Positions 28,954 to 38,732 of a DNA stretch of 64,000 nucleotides are shown in pieces. Origin of the DNA: Deltaproteobacteria bacterium. Lineage in GTDB: Bacteria; Myxococcota_A; Polyangia; Polyangiales; Houyiibacteriaceae. A program made the position numbers and the translations under genes. Position 1 is the first letter of the stretch; every line of letters begins with the position of its first letter. The notes under the pieces were generated by a model that was given only the letters and a program-made list of their open reading frames with translations, made no database searches and was not told the origin of the DNA. Location: the NCBI GenBank assembly GCA_034670305.1, contig JAXMNT010000016.1, positions 83,615 to 147,614 of the forward strand, given 5' to 3'.

Positions 28954-30261
28954 CTACCCCGCCATCACCGCTTCGATCTCGTCGGTCGTCTTCGGGATGT
29001 CGGCGGTCAGGTTGTCGAACCCATCGTTGGTCACGAGGATGTCGTCTTCGATGCGAATCCCGATGCCCCGCCACTTGGGATCCACGTCCGCGTCAACCGA
29101 CACGTACACGCCTGGCTCCACCGTGAGCACGAAGCCGGGCTCGAGCGGCCGCATGGTCCCGTCGACGAAGTACGCGCCGACGTCGTGCACGTCCATGCCG
29201 ATCCAGTGCGAGGTCTTGTGCATGAAGAACGCGCGGTAGTCGCCGGACTCGATGTTCTCATCGACCGTGCCTTGGAGCAGACCGTGGTCGATGAGCCCCT
29301 TCGTGATCACCCGCGCTGCCACGTCGTGCAGGTCGTCCAAGGTGACACCCGGGCGAATGGCTTCGACTGCCGCGATCTGAGACGCGAGCACGACGTCGTA
29401 CAGCGCCTTCTGCGCTGCGCTGAACTTGCCGTTCACCGGGAACGTGCGCGTGACGTCGCTCGCGTAGTAGCCGAGTTCGCACCCCGCATCGATGAGCAAC
29501 AGGTCGCCGTCCTCCATCTTCCGGCCGCTCGCGCGGTAGTGGAGAATCGTGGCGTTCGGGCCCGAGCCGACGATGCTGTCGTACGCCGGCCGATCGCTGC
29601 CACCCATCTGGAAGACGCGGTTGATCTCGGCTTTGATCTCGTACTCGAACTTGCCGGGCTGGGTCGCTTTCATCGCTTCTACGTGGGCGTCGCGGGTCAC
29701 GCGGGCGGCCCGCCGCATCTGCGCGAGTTCCTCTTGCCGCTTTCGCAGCCGCATCTCGTGCAGCGTCGCGCTCGGGTCCACGATCTCGGTCGGGGCGATC
29801 GCCCCGCTGCGCGCGCGACCGCGGACGGTGGCAAGCGCCCGGAACAACACCGCGTCGAACGAACCGCCCCGGCCCACCATCGCGTGCACCCTGCGGCCGC
29901 CCTGCAGGTAGTCCGGCAACCGTTGTTCGAGTTCGTCGATCGGGAACGCCGCGTCGACGCCGAAGTCTCGCGCCGCCCCTTCCACCCCGGCGCGCGGACC
30001 GTCCCAGATCTCGCGCTCCTTGTGGCGTGGACGAACGAACAACACCGCCTGGTGTTCGGGATGGAGGTTGCTGACGACCAACACGCTCTCCGGCTCGTCG
30101 AAACCGGACAGGTAGAAGAAGTCGCTGTCCTGGCGGTACTCGTGTTCCACGTCGTTGTTCCGAATCGAAACCGGAGCGGAGGGGAACACGGCCACGCCGG
30201 GTCCGATGCGTTCGAGCAGTTCGGCGCGGCGGGCGACGTACGTCTGGGGGTCCTGAGCCAT
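28954..30261 (-). CDS. pepP: Xaa-Pro aminopeptidase (aminopeptidase P)
   Basis: YRQDSDFFYLSGF.EP, LHY, IDAG, SDVTRTFP, H..G.DVHD, TVEPG.Y, GIRIEDD. Confidence 0.95.
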   Translation of the reverse strand: MAQDPQTYVARRAELLERIGPGVAVFPSAPVSIRNNDVEHEYRQDSDFFYLSGFDEPESVLVVSNLHPEHQAVLFVRPRHKEREIWDGPRAGVEGAARDFGVDAAFPIDELEQRLPDYLQGGRRVHAMVGRGGSFDAVLFRALATVRGRARSGAIAPTEIVDPSATLHEMRLRKRQEELAQMRRAARVTRDAHVEAMKATQPGKFEYEIKAEINRVFQMGGSDRPAYDSIVGSGPNATILHYRASGRKMEDGDLLLIDAGCELGYYASDVTRTFPVNGKFSAAQKALYDVVLASQIAAVEAIRPGVTLDDLHDVAARVITKGLIDHGLLQGTVDENIESGDYRAFFMHKTSHWIGMDVHDVGAYFVDGTMRPLEPGFVLTVEPGVYVSVDADVDPKWRGIGIRIEDDILVTNDGFDNLTADIPKTTDEIEAVMAG

Positions 30262-30359
30262 GACGGGAACATACCGACTGGACGGCCGGTGTCCATTGCG
30301 GATCCGCGACGATGGTCACAGCACCGGTTCGAACAAGGGTCGGTCGCGGCTCAGCCGGT

Positions 30360-30833
30360 TCAATCGCACTGGGGCGGCAAGGTGCAGACCGCCTGGGCGA
30401 ACTGGCGCACCGCGCCTCGGGGCAACGGGTACGCGAGCGTCGCATCCATGGGCATCGGCCGAGGGTCGTCGGGGCAAGGAGAACGTTGTTGGATGGCGAA
30501 CGTCACCGTCTCGCCGTCGTCCAGAATCTCGGCCCCGCCGTGCGCCGGGCTCATGCCGTAGGAGAACGTGCGCAGCGAATGGCTGGCGAACTCGAACTCG
30601 ACGGCGCCAGCGCAGGACACGAACGTGGCGAGCTGATCCGCGGAGTCGATCGTTTGTGGCGCTTGCACCGAACCGGTCGAACGAAGCTGGCAGCCAGGCG
30701 GCAATTGCAACGGTTGGATCGCGGTCGCGGATTCGAGCCCGGCGGGCCGGCAGGTCTGGGTTGCCGGCTCTGGATCGCCGCCACTCGAATGGGCCCCGCA
30801 GGCGAGTGCGAAGACGAGGGTGCAGGTGCGCAT
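30360..30833 (-). CDS. Hypothetical lipoprotein
   Basis: MRTCTLVFALACG lipobox; paired cysteines; the upstream ORF extension is repeat. Confidence 0.6.
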   Translation of the reverse strand: MRTCTLVFALACGAHSSGGDPEPATQTCRPAGLESATAIQPLQLPPGCQLRSTGSVQAPQTIDSADQLATFVSCAGAVEFEFASHSLRTFSYGMSPAHGGAEILDDGETVTFAIQQRSPCPDDPRPMPMDATLAYPLPRGAVRQFAQAVCTLPPQCD

Positions 30834-30860
30834 GGGCGGAGGGTAACGCACGGAGCGAGG

Positions 30861-31065
30861 GTGGCAGTGGCGGCGGCAGTGGCGGTGGCAGCGACAGTGG
30901 CAGTGGCGGTGGCAGTGGCAGCGACAGCGACAGTGGCAGCGACAGCGACAGTGGCAGTGGCAGCGGCGGTGGCGGCGGCAGTGGCAGTGGCAGTGGCAGT
31001 GGCAGCGGCGGTGGCGGCGGCAGCGGCACCGGCACCGGCAGCGGCACCGGCACCGGCAGCGACAG
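30861..31065 (+). repeat. Intergenic hexamer tract (GGCAGT/GGCGGT/GACAGC/GGCACC)n
   Basis: Reverse-complement class of the 15001 tract; lies between divergent genes. Confidence 0.9.
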
Positions 31066-31126
31066 CAGGCTGGGGCCGGCATCCGTCCCTGGCCATCCTT
31101 GGTCCGACCCGCTACGTCCACTTGGA

Positions 31127-32527
31127 ATGGATGCGCGGGACATACTCCGGACGGGGATCGAACGGTGGCGGCGGAGCGAAGCGATGGCCGCGGTCGCGCT
31201 CTCGCGCGGCGAACGTCTGACCGTCGCATGGCCCACGCTGCGGGAGGTCGAAGCGCTTTCCGATTGCCGCGACGAACTCGAGCCCGACGAAGCGGGGATC
31301 TGCGCGGCGCATTTGGCGCGGGCGGTGGCGGACGAGGTGCTCGACGAAGCGCGGGACACCTGGCGAGATGCTGCCGACCGGCGCACCTCCAAAGGCACGA
31401 CGGTCTCGGAACACGCGCTGCAGGTGCTCGCGGAGAAGAGCGGCATCGAGCCGATCGTGCGCACGCTGGAACAGCCCGCGTTGAAGCTGCGAGAGGCGCG
31501 CTACCAAGCCGACCTCGCCGCGTACAAACGGTGGAACGAACTCGGGCTCCCGGTCCATCCGGACGCAGGCATCGACGCCAAAAACCGCCGCGAACTGGCG
31601 GAGCGCGTTCTGCAGGTCACCCACGAACCGGCGCAAGAGTTGCTGTCCCGGTTGCCACTGGAGCAGAACGATTTGGGTGGACTGTTGCGCGCGCTGCGGT
31701 GGCGAAAGGGCGACGGCATGACGCGGCCCAAGGAACGTTGGCGCCGCCTCGGCGCGGTGATGCCATTCTTCGAAGCGGTGCTCTCGAAACGCGTCCGCGT
31801 CGAACCCCGCGACGGGCACCTCATGGCCCGCCCCCGCGTCCTTCAGCTCGCCCCCGACGACGTGCGCATCGTGCCTGGCCCCAACGCGGGGGTGCTCGGC
31901 GAGCTGTCGGGCGCGCGACTCGTCGGCCGCGCCCTCGGCCTCTCGCTCGCGTCGCCCGCCCTCCCCCGCGCCGTGCAACGCGCACCGGTCGCGAGCGTGG
32001 CGCGGTGCATCGGAGAACTCCTCGTCCAACGTTCGGTGGCCGGCTTCGGCTGGTCCGCGCTCACGCGCAGCGAACGCACTCGCTTGCTGCTCCAGTTCCG
32101 AGCCGGCTTCGTCCTGCACCTGCGGATCTGTGCCGCGTCCACCCTGATCCGCGGCCGCGCCCCCCGCCCCACCCCGAACTGGGTCGGCGTCGACACCAAC
32201 CTCGGCGAAGTCGACGTCGACGGCGAACTCGAAGCCCTCGCCGAACAAGCCCTCTTCGTCCACGTCCCCTCAACGCTCGCCGGCCCCCTGCTTCACACCC
32301 CCTCCGGCGGCGGCGCCCGCCTCCGCGCCTCCCTCGGCGCCCTCACCGCCACCGTCGCGCTGCGCGACCGCTACGACGAAGACTGGCACCACAACCCCCG
32401 CGCCGAAGAATGCCTCCGCAACGCCGCCACCCCCGCCGGCCGCACCTCCGTCGAAGCCTGGACCGCCCACCTCGGCGTCACCCCCGACCACGGCCTCGAC
32501 TACCTGACCGAGCTCCTAAACGACTGA
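31127..32527 (+). CDS. Hypothetical protein, possibly an inactive peptidase M3-like protein
   Basis: C-terminal LRDRYDEDWHHNPRA resembles M3-like proteins; no HExxH motif seen. Confidence 0.5.
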   Translation: MDARDILRTGIERWRRSEAMAAVALSRGERLTVAWPTLREVEALSDCRDELEPDEAGICAAHLARAVADEVLDEARDTWRDAADRRTSKGTTVSEHALQVLAEKSGIEPIVRTLEQPALKLREARYQADLAAYKRWNELGLPVHPDAGIDAKNRRELAERVLQVTHEPAQELLSRLPLEQNDLGGLLRALRWRKGDGMTRPKERWRRLGAVMPFFEAVLSKRVRVEPRDGHLMARPRVLQLAPDDVRIVPGPNAGVLGELSGARLVGRALGLSLASPALPRAVQRAPVASVARCIGELLVQRSVAGFGWSALTRSERTRLLLQFRAGFVLHLRICAASTLIRGRAPRPTPNWVGVDTNLGEVDVDGELEALAEQALFVHVPSTLAGPLLHTPSGGGARLRASLGALTATVALRDRYDEDWHHNPRAEECLRNAATPAGRTSVEAWTAHLGVTPDHGLDYLTELLND

Positions 32528-32545
32528 AACGGCTGCCAGCCCGGC

Positions 32546-32616
32546 CGGCGTCGGTTTCGGCGTCGGCTTCGGCATCGGCATCGGCTTCGGCATCGGCTTC
32601 GGCATCGGCTTCGGCG
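32546..32616 (+). repeat. Intergenic hexamer tract (TCGGCT/TCGGCA)n abutting the four-helix-bundle stop codon
   Basis: Tract ends immediately at the CTA (minus-strand TAG) at 32617. Confidence 0.92.
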
Positions 32617-32928
32617 CTATCCCCGACTCAGCTTGAAGAGCATGGCGCAGACATGGTCGGCGAGGTCGTAGACCTCGTCGCTCGCCTGCACGTATCCCAT
32701 CACCGCAGCCACCTGGAGCGCAGCCTTCACTTCGCGCGCCTCCCCAAGTGCGCGCGAGAACCCATCGGGGTTTCGCGCGCCCCGAGCGCTCCGAGACTCC
32801 GCAACCAGTAGAGGAATCGCCTGCGCCGCCCGCCGCAGCTGCGACTTGAGATTCGCTTCACGAATGCGAGGGAGAACATCGCGGACCAGAAGCGAGAGAA
32901 GTGCGAGCGACTTGTCGAATACGAGCAT
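32617..32928 (-). CDS. Four helix bundle protein (TIGR02436 / 23S_rRNA_IVP / Avd-like family)
   Basis: 103 aa; LKSQLRRAAQAIPLLVAE, F..ALGEAREV.AAL, C-terminal DHVCAMLFKL. Confidence 0.85.
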   Translation of the reverse strand: MLVFDKSLALLSLLVRDVLPRIREANLKSQLRRAAQAIPLLVAESRSARGARNPDGFSRALGEAREVKAALQVAAVMGYVQASDEVYDLADHVCAMLFKLSRG

Positions 32929-32969
32929 CGAGAACCTGCCTTGTGTACGCCGAGCGTGAACTCGCCCGA

Positions 32970-33099
32970 GGGCGCGCAGCGCCCCCAGTGGTCGGCGGGG
33001 GGGCGGGTCAAGGACGAGCAAGCGCGAAGCGCGCCAGCGAAGCGGTGGGCTTCCCGCCGGGCCGAAGGCCTCCTTGAGGCGCCGCCCCCGCCGACCGCT
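32970..33099 (+). other. Branched palindromic element with GNA-triloop mini-hairpins (REP/MITE-like)
   Basis: 15-bp outer stem 32987-33001/33085-33099, inner stem TCAAGGA/TCCTTGA, hairpins GCGC-GAA-GCGC, GC-GAA-GC, GGCC-GAA-GGCC, GGGCGC-GCA-GCGCCC. Confidence 0.7.
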
Positions 33100-33169
33100 A
33101 CGCTGGACCATCCATCGGGCCTCCATCCACCAACGAGGTGGGGATGTTCCGCACCGGAAGAGACGCGTT

Positions 33170-34006
33170 CTAACTCACCCGTCCAAGACATTGATGGAGC
33201 CACCGTCCCGAGGGGCTCCCAACGACGAACATGCCAACCATGGAGCACCACACGGGCACCCCTTCCGCCTCGCCAACGTTCCAGTAACGCCGGCGAATGC
33301 CATCAACCAGGAGCTGGGTGGACTGCCCGAACCCAGCACTGCGCTCCAGGAAGAATCCCTCCCCCTCGGTCGTGAACGTCTCCGAGAGCAGGGACGCAAC
33401 CCACTCCGGAGGTTCGGCTTGGTTCTCCCAGCTTGCACCCAGGCAGTACGCCATGGGTTCGGGTCGAACCGTCGCAATGAGATCGTGGGGCAGCCCGGTG
33501 GGGGCCAGAAAGTAGAACGCTTGAGCGGTCGGGCTATCGTTGAGGGCAAGGTCCGCGAAGGTCTTGGCGTGACCCTCGGCGCGCTTCACGCCGAACACAC
33601 GAAGCGGGTTCTTGTCCGCTGATTCCACGCGACGGGCGGCAAACTCGACCGCATCAAGATGCGCCGCCACCAACCCGTACCGGCGACGTGCATGGACCAA
33701 TGTGCCGCCCATGTGCGAGCGGAGCGCTGCGACGCGCTCGACTGTCGTTGTCCCTTGGCTGATCTTCCGCACCGTCTGGACCGAGCACTGCCGAAGCGCT
33801 GGCTCTCGCCCGATGAGGCGTGCCCACGCCGAGTCCAGTGAGGATTCGTATTCGGCGCGGAGCCTGTCGGCGATGGCACGCAACGTCCGTACGACTCGTG
33901 CCACGGCGACCTCCGGCGCCTGGGCCGGGCGAAGCGAATCCACTTCGATGGCGACCGACTTGGAACCCGCGGGCCGCACGGCCGACTTGGAACTCGCGGG
34001 CCTCAT
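33170..34006 (-). CDS. Hypothetical protein
   Basis: 278 aa ORF starting in an ATGA overlap with the upstream ORF stop; weaker GC3 bias; no motif recognised. Confidence 0.55.
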   Translation of the reverse strand: MRPASSKSAVRPAGSKSVAIEVDSLRPAQAPEVAVARVVRTLRAIADRLRAEYESSLDSAWARLIGREPALRQCSVQTVRKISQGTTTVERVAALRSHMGGTLVHARRRYGLVAAHLDAVEFAARRVESADKNPLRVFGVKRAEGHAKTFADLALNDSPTAQAFYFLAPTGLPHDLIATVRPEPMAYCLGASWENQAEPPEWVASLLSETFTTEGEGFFLERSAGFGQSTQLLVDGIRRRYWNVGEAEGVPVWCSMVGMFVVGSPSGRWLHQCLGRVS

Positions 34007-34566
34007 CGCGCGACTCCGCACTCCGGCGGCATCTGCTGCGCCACCGATTGGTAGAACGCGTGGGCTCGGGGATGTCGGTGTCCGGGGATCGTGATGGCCC
34101 ACCCATAGGCCACCACCAGCGAGACGATTGGACCGACGCACAAAGCCGCCGCCGCGCTCGCACCCAGCTCCATCAGGAGCCCGGAGACCAGCAGCGCCAC
34201 CGTCACGAACCCAATGAGCCCACCAACCCAGTGGAACAGCCGGCTGAACGCAGCGTCTCGTTGCGAGCCGGCTCGGCTCTCCCACTTCGGAAGGAGCCGG
34301 CCCACTGGTGGCGGCGCTGGGGCCACATGGATGTTCGGGCGCTGCACCAGAACGAGTCCGACCGGCGGTTCCAGATCTTCCTCGTTGGCACTGACCACCA
34401 AGTTGAAACCGGATGCAGAGCGGCGGACAAAGTAGCCAAGCCCCCGTAGTCGAACCTCGAGGTCATCCAAGTCCAGATGCACCGGACTCGTGCGCCGAAA
34501 CACCTGGTCGAACGCACCGCCCTCCGGTCCGGAGAACAACCGAAGCAGCGCCCTGAACGTCCCCAT
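34003..34566 (-). CDS. Hypothetical membrane protein (two C-terminal TM helices)
   Basis: WVGGLIGFVTVALLVSGLLM and ALCVGPIVSLVVAYGWAI hydrophobic segments; coupled to the next ORF. Confidence 0.55.
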   Translation of the reverse strand: MGTFRALLRLFSGPEGGAFDQVFRRTSPVHLDLDDLEVRLRGLGYFVRRSASGFNLVVSANEEDLEPPVGLVLVQRPNIHVAPAPPPVGRLLPKWESRAGSQRDAAFSRLFHWVGGLIGFVTVALLVSGLLMELGASAAAALCVGPIVSLVVAYGWAITIPGHRHPRAHAFYQSVAQQMPPECGVAR

Positions 34567-34594
34567 CAAGGCAGGACGAATCAAGGCAGGACGA
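34565..34594 (+). repeat. Perfect 15-bp tandem duplication
   Basis: ATCAAGGCAGGACGA x2, covering the stop codon of the 34581 gene. Confidence 0.9.
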
Positions 34595-35354
34595 AGCGGT
34601 CGCTCTGGCGCCATCTCAGCTCGTCGACCGGGGACGACACGATGTTCTCGCCCAGCACGTCCTCTTCGGTTTCCGGCAAGGAGATGCGGGCTTCGGTCGC
34701 TTCGATCTCCCCCAGGGTCGGGTACTCCATGGTGCGGCGGGTGACCCACTCGCACTGTTCCTCGGTCTCGACGCACGATTCGAAACATTCGTCCCAGGTC
34801 TCGATCCGGCAATCGCAGGGCTCGGTCCAGGTGTCGCAGACCGGCTCGCAGACCGTCTCACACGACTCTTCCTCGCAGTACGTCTCGATCCAGCACTCGG
34901 TCGATCCGTCTTCGTACGTGGCGCAGATCTCTTCGTCCCAACAGTAGGTGTCGCACTCCTCCCAGCAGTCGTCCCAGCACTCTTCGAAGGTGCAGAGGTC
35001 GCAGACCTCCTCCTCGAACGTGTCACAGACGGTCTCGAAGGCGATGCACTCGTCCCAGCAGACTTCCTCCTCGCGCACCCACTCGTAGCTCAGCAGCAGA
35101 TCCGAGTCGTGGATCGTGAACCGGCCGTCCGGCCCAGTGACGATGCCCGGGAACGACCCATCGGTGTCCTCGGTGTAGCGGTGGCGCATCGCGTGCCCGT
35201 CGACGATGAACGTCAGTTCGTACTGGGAGATGCGCAGATCCGGCACCGGCGTCCCCGCCCCATCGACCACCAGCCCCGTCGCCTGCACCTCGACGGTCGG
35301 CGCGGGCGCACACCCGAGCGGCAGCAGGGTGGCGAGGAGAAGGAGGCGGCGCAC
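34581..35354 (-). CDS. Acidic Cys-rich lipoprotein (20-Cys insert in a beta-sandwich-like domain)
   Basis: Lipobox PLGC; G.VVD..G.PVP...TGPDGRFTI (carboxypeptidase-regulatory-like); central Cys/Glu/Trp-rich segment. Confidence 0.75.
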   Translation of the reverse strand: MRRLLLLATLLPLGCAPAPTVEVQATGLVVDGAGTPVPDLRISQYELTFIVDGHAMRHRYTEDTDGSFPGIVTGPDGRFTIHDSDLLLSYEWVREEEVCWDECIAFETVCDTFEEEVCDLCTFEECWDDCWEECDTYCWDEEICATYEDGSTECWIETYCEEESCETVCEPVCDTWTEPCDCRIETWDECFESCVETEEQCEWVTRRTMEYPTLGEIEATEARISLPETEEDVLGENIVSSPVDELRWRQSDRFVLP

Positions 35355-35482
35355 GGGTACAGAATGGGTCCGCCACGGGGCACTGTCCAATCCGATCGCA
35401 GGGGTCACGGTCCAGGATACGCCGGCTGGGTCCGGGTTCCCCCTGGTTCGTCGGGGGTCGGCAGAACCGCGCATCCTCTCCT

Positions 35483-35880
<398 letters not shown>

Positions 35881-35888
35881 GCCCGTTT

Positions 35889-36524
35889 CTACGGCCGCGG
35901 GCCGAAGATGGCGGTGCCCACGCGGACGTGGGTGCTGCCCTCGGCGATGGCGGACTCGAGGTCGCCGCTCATGCCCATCGAACACTGTTCCAGCCCCAGC
36001 TCGGTGGCGAGGGACTTGAGCTTCCGGAACACCGGGGTGGGATCGACGTCCGCCGGCGGCACCGTCATCAGTCCGCGAAGGCGCAGCCCATCCAGCGCGC
36101 GCACCGCCGCGACCAGTGCATCGAGCGCCGAGACCGTGACCCCACTCTTCTGGGGTTCGTCCGCCACGTTCACCTGGAGGCAGATGTCCACCGGGCGGTC
36201 TGCGGTGGTCGCGATGCGCTCGGCGAGGCGGACCGAGTCCACCGAGTCGATCGCGTGCACGTGCGGCAGGACGAGTTTGGTCTTGTTGCGCTGGAGGTGG
36301 CCGATGAAACGCCACTCGAGATCCGCCAGGTCCGCCAGCGCCTGGGCCTTCTCCGCGAACTCCTGCGCGTAGCTCTCGCCGAACACCCGCTGCCCGGCTT
36401 CGTAGGCTTCGCGCACGGATGCGGCCGGGTGTCCTTTGCTGACCGCGACGAGCTGCACCGGTCGGTCGGCCGCGGCATCGCGCACCCGCTCTTGCACCGC
36501 GTGCAGGCGCTCCGCGATCGTCAC
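35889..36524 (-). CDS. yggS: Pyridoxal phosphate homeostasis protein
   Basis: [50 protein letters not shown]. Confidence 0.96.
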   Translation of the reverse strand: MTIAERLHAVQERVRDAAADRPVQLVAVSKGHPAASVREAYEAGQRVFGESYAQEFAEKAQALADLADLEWRFIGHLQRNKTKLVLPHVHAIDSVDSVRLAERIATTADRPVDICLQVNVADEPQKSGVTVSALDALVAAVRALDGLRLRGLMTVPPADVDPTPVFRKLKSLATELGLEQCSMGMSGDLESAIAEGSTHVRVGTAIFGPRP

Positions 36525-37099
36525 GGCCAGTGCCCCAGTGCGCCGAGCGCGCGCAGGGCTTCGATGCTCTCGGCGAGCGGCAGTCCGACGACGTTGGAGT
36601 AGCTGCCGTCGATGCGGGTCACGAAGCCGCCGGCGATGCCTTGGATCGCGTAGGCGCCCGCCTTGTCCCGTCCTTCCCCGGTCGCCACGTACCGGGCGAC
36701 CTCGTCTTCGGTGCCGGCGCGCATCGTGACGCGGGTGTGCACGTCGAAGAGGCGGCGACCCTCCGGCCCCGCGACGCCCACCGAGGTCACCACCTCGTGG
36801 TCGCGGCCGAGCAGGCTCCGCACCATCGACGCCGACTCCCGATCGTCGACCGGTTTGCCGAGCACGGCGCCGTCCCGGACGACGATGGTGTCGGCGACAA
36901 GGATGGGCATCGAGGTGCCGAAGCGCTGCTCGGCCGCCGCGAGTTTGTCGTCCGCCATACGCCGCACGTACGCGCGTGCGTCTTCTGCCAGCCTGCAGGT
37001 CTCGTCGACATCGACCGGCCGCACGTCGACGTCGAGACCGATGCCCTCGAGCAACGACCGGCGGCGCGGCGAACCGGAGGCGAGGAGGATCGTGACCAC
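36521..37099 (-). CDS. maf: Maf family nucleoside triphosphate pyrophosphatase
   Basis: LASGSPRRRSLL, ADTIV, LGKP, DKAGAYAIQG, GSYSNVVGLPL. Confidence 0.95.
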   Translation of the reverse strand: MVTILLASGSPRRRSLLEGIGLDVDVRPVDVDETCRLAEDARAYVRRMADDKLAAAEQRFGTSMPILVADTIVVRDGAVLGKPVDDRESASMVRSLLGRDHEVVTSVGVAGPEGRRLFDVHTRVTMRAGTEDEVARYVATGEGRDKAGAYAIQGIAGGFVTRIDGSYSNVVGLPLAESIEALRALGALGHWP

Positions 37100-37100
37100 C

Positions 37101-38732
37101 CTAGTTGCGGTCCCGCTCTTCGCTCCAGCGCCGCACCCGGCGCACGTACGTGCGGGAGACATGTTCCGGATCGAGCGAGAGCAGTTTGGCGATCTCGGTG
37201 ACGAAGCCACGCACGTAGACGAGCGCTGGCAAGGACGGGAAGTCGTCGTCTTCGATCGCGAGCAAGAAGCCGCGGCCGATCTTGGTGCGTTTGCTGACCG
37301 CGGACAGGGAGGTTCCCTGACTCTCGCGGACCGCACGCAGAAGCGGACCGGTGAAGTCGGTCTCGGGCGTGATGACCGGCGCGGGTGGCCGGGGACCGTC
37401 GTCTTCTTCGCCCACGATCTCTTCGAGCTCGGGCTCGGGCGGGAAGACACTCAGCTCGTAAGGACGGCGGCGGGCCGGATCGAGCAACACGTCGTGGGCT
37501 TCTTCCACCCGCGCGCGAAGTCGCTCGAGTCCCGCTTCGTCGAAGAGACCACGGCACGCGAGCGAACCGGGCGCGTAGATTTCGCGGACCCGCTTGTACG
37601 CCCGGCGCACTTCTTCGTCGGTCGCGCCGCGGTCGACCTCCAGGAGGTCGTGGTGCGAGTGCGGCGGCACCATCGGCAGCGGGCTCTTGCGGCGTTTGCC
37701 CGCATCGATCGAGAGCAGGCGGCGGGCGATCTTCTCGATGTTGCGGCTGGCCTTCGTGCCTGGGCTCTCGACGAGCAACGGACGACCGGCGCGCAGGGTG
37801 TTCCAGACGGTGTCGTCGGTGTCGATGTAGCCGATGTAGTCGAGGCGCAGTCCGAGCCGGCGACGGGCCGCGGTCTCGATGAAGTCGCCGAGCTCGAGGT
37901 CCGCGCGCAGCCGGGTCTGGTTGACGACGAACGGGAACCGGAAGGTCTCGATGCACTCTTCCACGCGAAGGGCGAGGCCAGGCGCAGAGCCGCGCAAGTC
38001 CGCCAGCAAGTCGAGCGGTGGCGGTGCGTTCCCGCGCTCTCGAAGCGCCGCGAGCAGCGCGCGACGCTGCCCCGCATCCTCGGCGCGGGCCAAGAGCCGC
38101 CGGGCGAACATCGCGCGTACGAAGCGGTAGGTGCCCTCCATCGCGGTTGGTTCGGGGAGCGTCACGAACACGCTCACGTCCGCGTGGATCCACACGTCGA
38201 TCAACGAGCGGTGGGTGCCGGCGCCGAGGTCGACGACGACGTAGTCCGCGTCGAGGTTGCGCAGCCGAGCGAGCAGCTTGCCGCGACGGGCGCGGCGGCG
38301 AAATCCGCGGGCGGGTTCGTCGATGCCGGCGTGCAGCAGGTGAAGGCCTGGCACGGCCAAGTCCACCATGTCTGTCTGGGGGTCGTCGTCCTCTCCGAAG
38401 TCGAGGTCGAGTTCTTCGGAGGTCTCGAAGGGCAGCTCGGCCTGCTCTTCGTCGCTCGACACGTACTCCGGCAGCGGCGGCTCGTAAGGCGCGACGCCGG
38501 CGGGGTGTTCGGCACCAAGAAAGCCATGCAAGTTGGCGCCGGCCGGGTCGGCATCGGCGGCGACGACGCGTCGTCCGATCGTCGCCAGGTACACGCCGAG
38601 GTTGGCAGCCAGCAGCGTCTTGCCCACGCCGCCCTTGGCGCCCGCCACCGCGACCACGCGCGGCCCGATGTGCACGCCGTCTTCGTCGCTGGGCTCTCGG
38701 AACAGCTCCAGCTCTTCGCTCGGAGCCTTCAC
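37101..38732 (-). CDS. MinD/FlhG-like ATPase fused to a J-like domain and a RodZ-type HTH
   Basis: GAKGGVGKT deviant Walker A, DAD..GANLH, DLGAG; HDLLEVDRGATDEEVRRAY; GPLLRAVRESQG...AIEDDDF..LPALVYVRGF. GTGA overlap with proC. Confidence 0.85.
   Translation of the reverse strand: MKAPSEELELFREPSDEDGVHIGPRVVAVAGAKGGVGKTLLAANLGVYLATIGRRVVAADADPAGANLHGFLGAEHPAGVAPYEPPLPEYVSSDEEQAELPFETSEELDLDFGEDDDPQTDMVDLAVPGLHLLHAGIDEPARGFRRRARRGKLLARLRNLDADYVVVDLGAGTHRSLIDVWIHADVSVFVTLPEPTAMEGTYRFVRAMFARRLLARAEDAGQRRALLAALRERGNAPPPLDLLADLRGSAPGLALRVEECIETFRFPFVVNQTRLRADLELGDFIETAARRRLGLRLDYIGYIDTDDTVWNTLRAGRPLLVESPGTKASRNIEKIARRLLSIDAGKRRKSPLPMVPPHSHHDLLEVDRGATDEEVRRAYKRVREIYAPGSLACRGLFDEAGLERLRARVEEAHDVLLDPARRRPYELSVFPPEPELEEIVGEEDDGPRPPAPVITPETDFTGPLLRAVRESQGTSLSAVSKRTKIGRGFLLAIEDDDFPSLPALVYVRGFVTEIAKLLSLDPEHVSRTYVRRVRRWSEERDRN

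Noticed and set aside
32617-33100. Diversity-generating retroelement (Avd-like gene plus hairpin)
   Set aside because: No reverse transcriptase and no TR/VR pair differing at adenines seen in the window.
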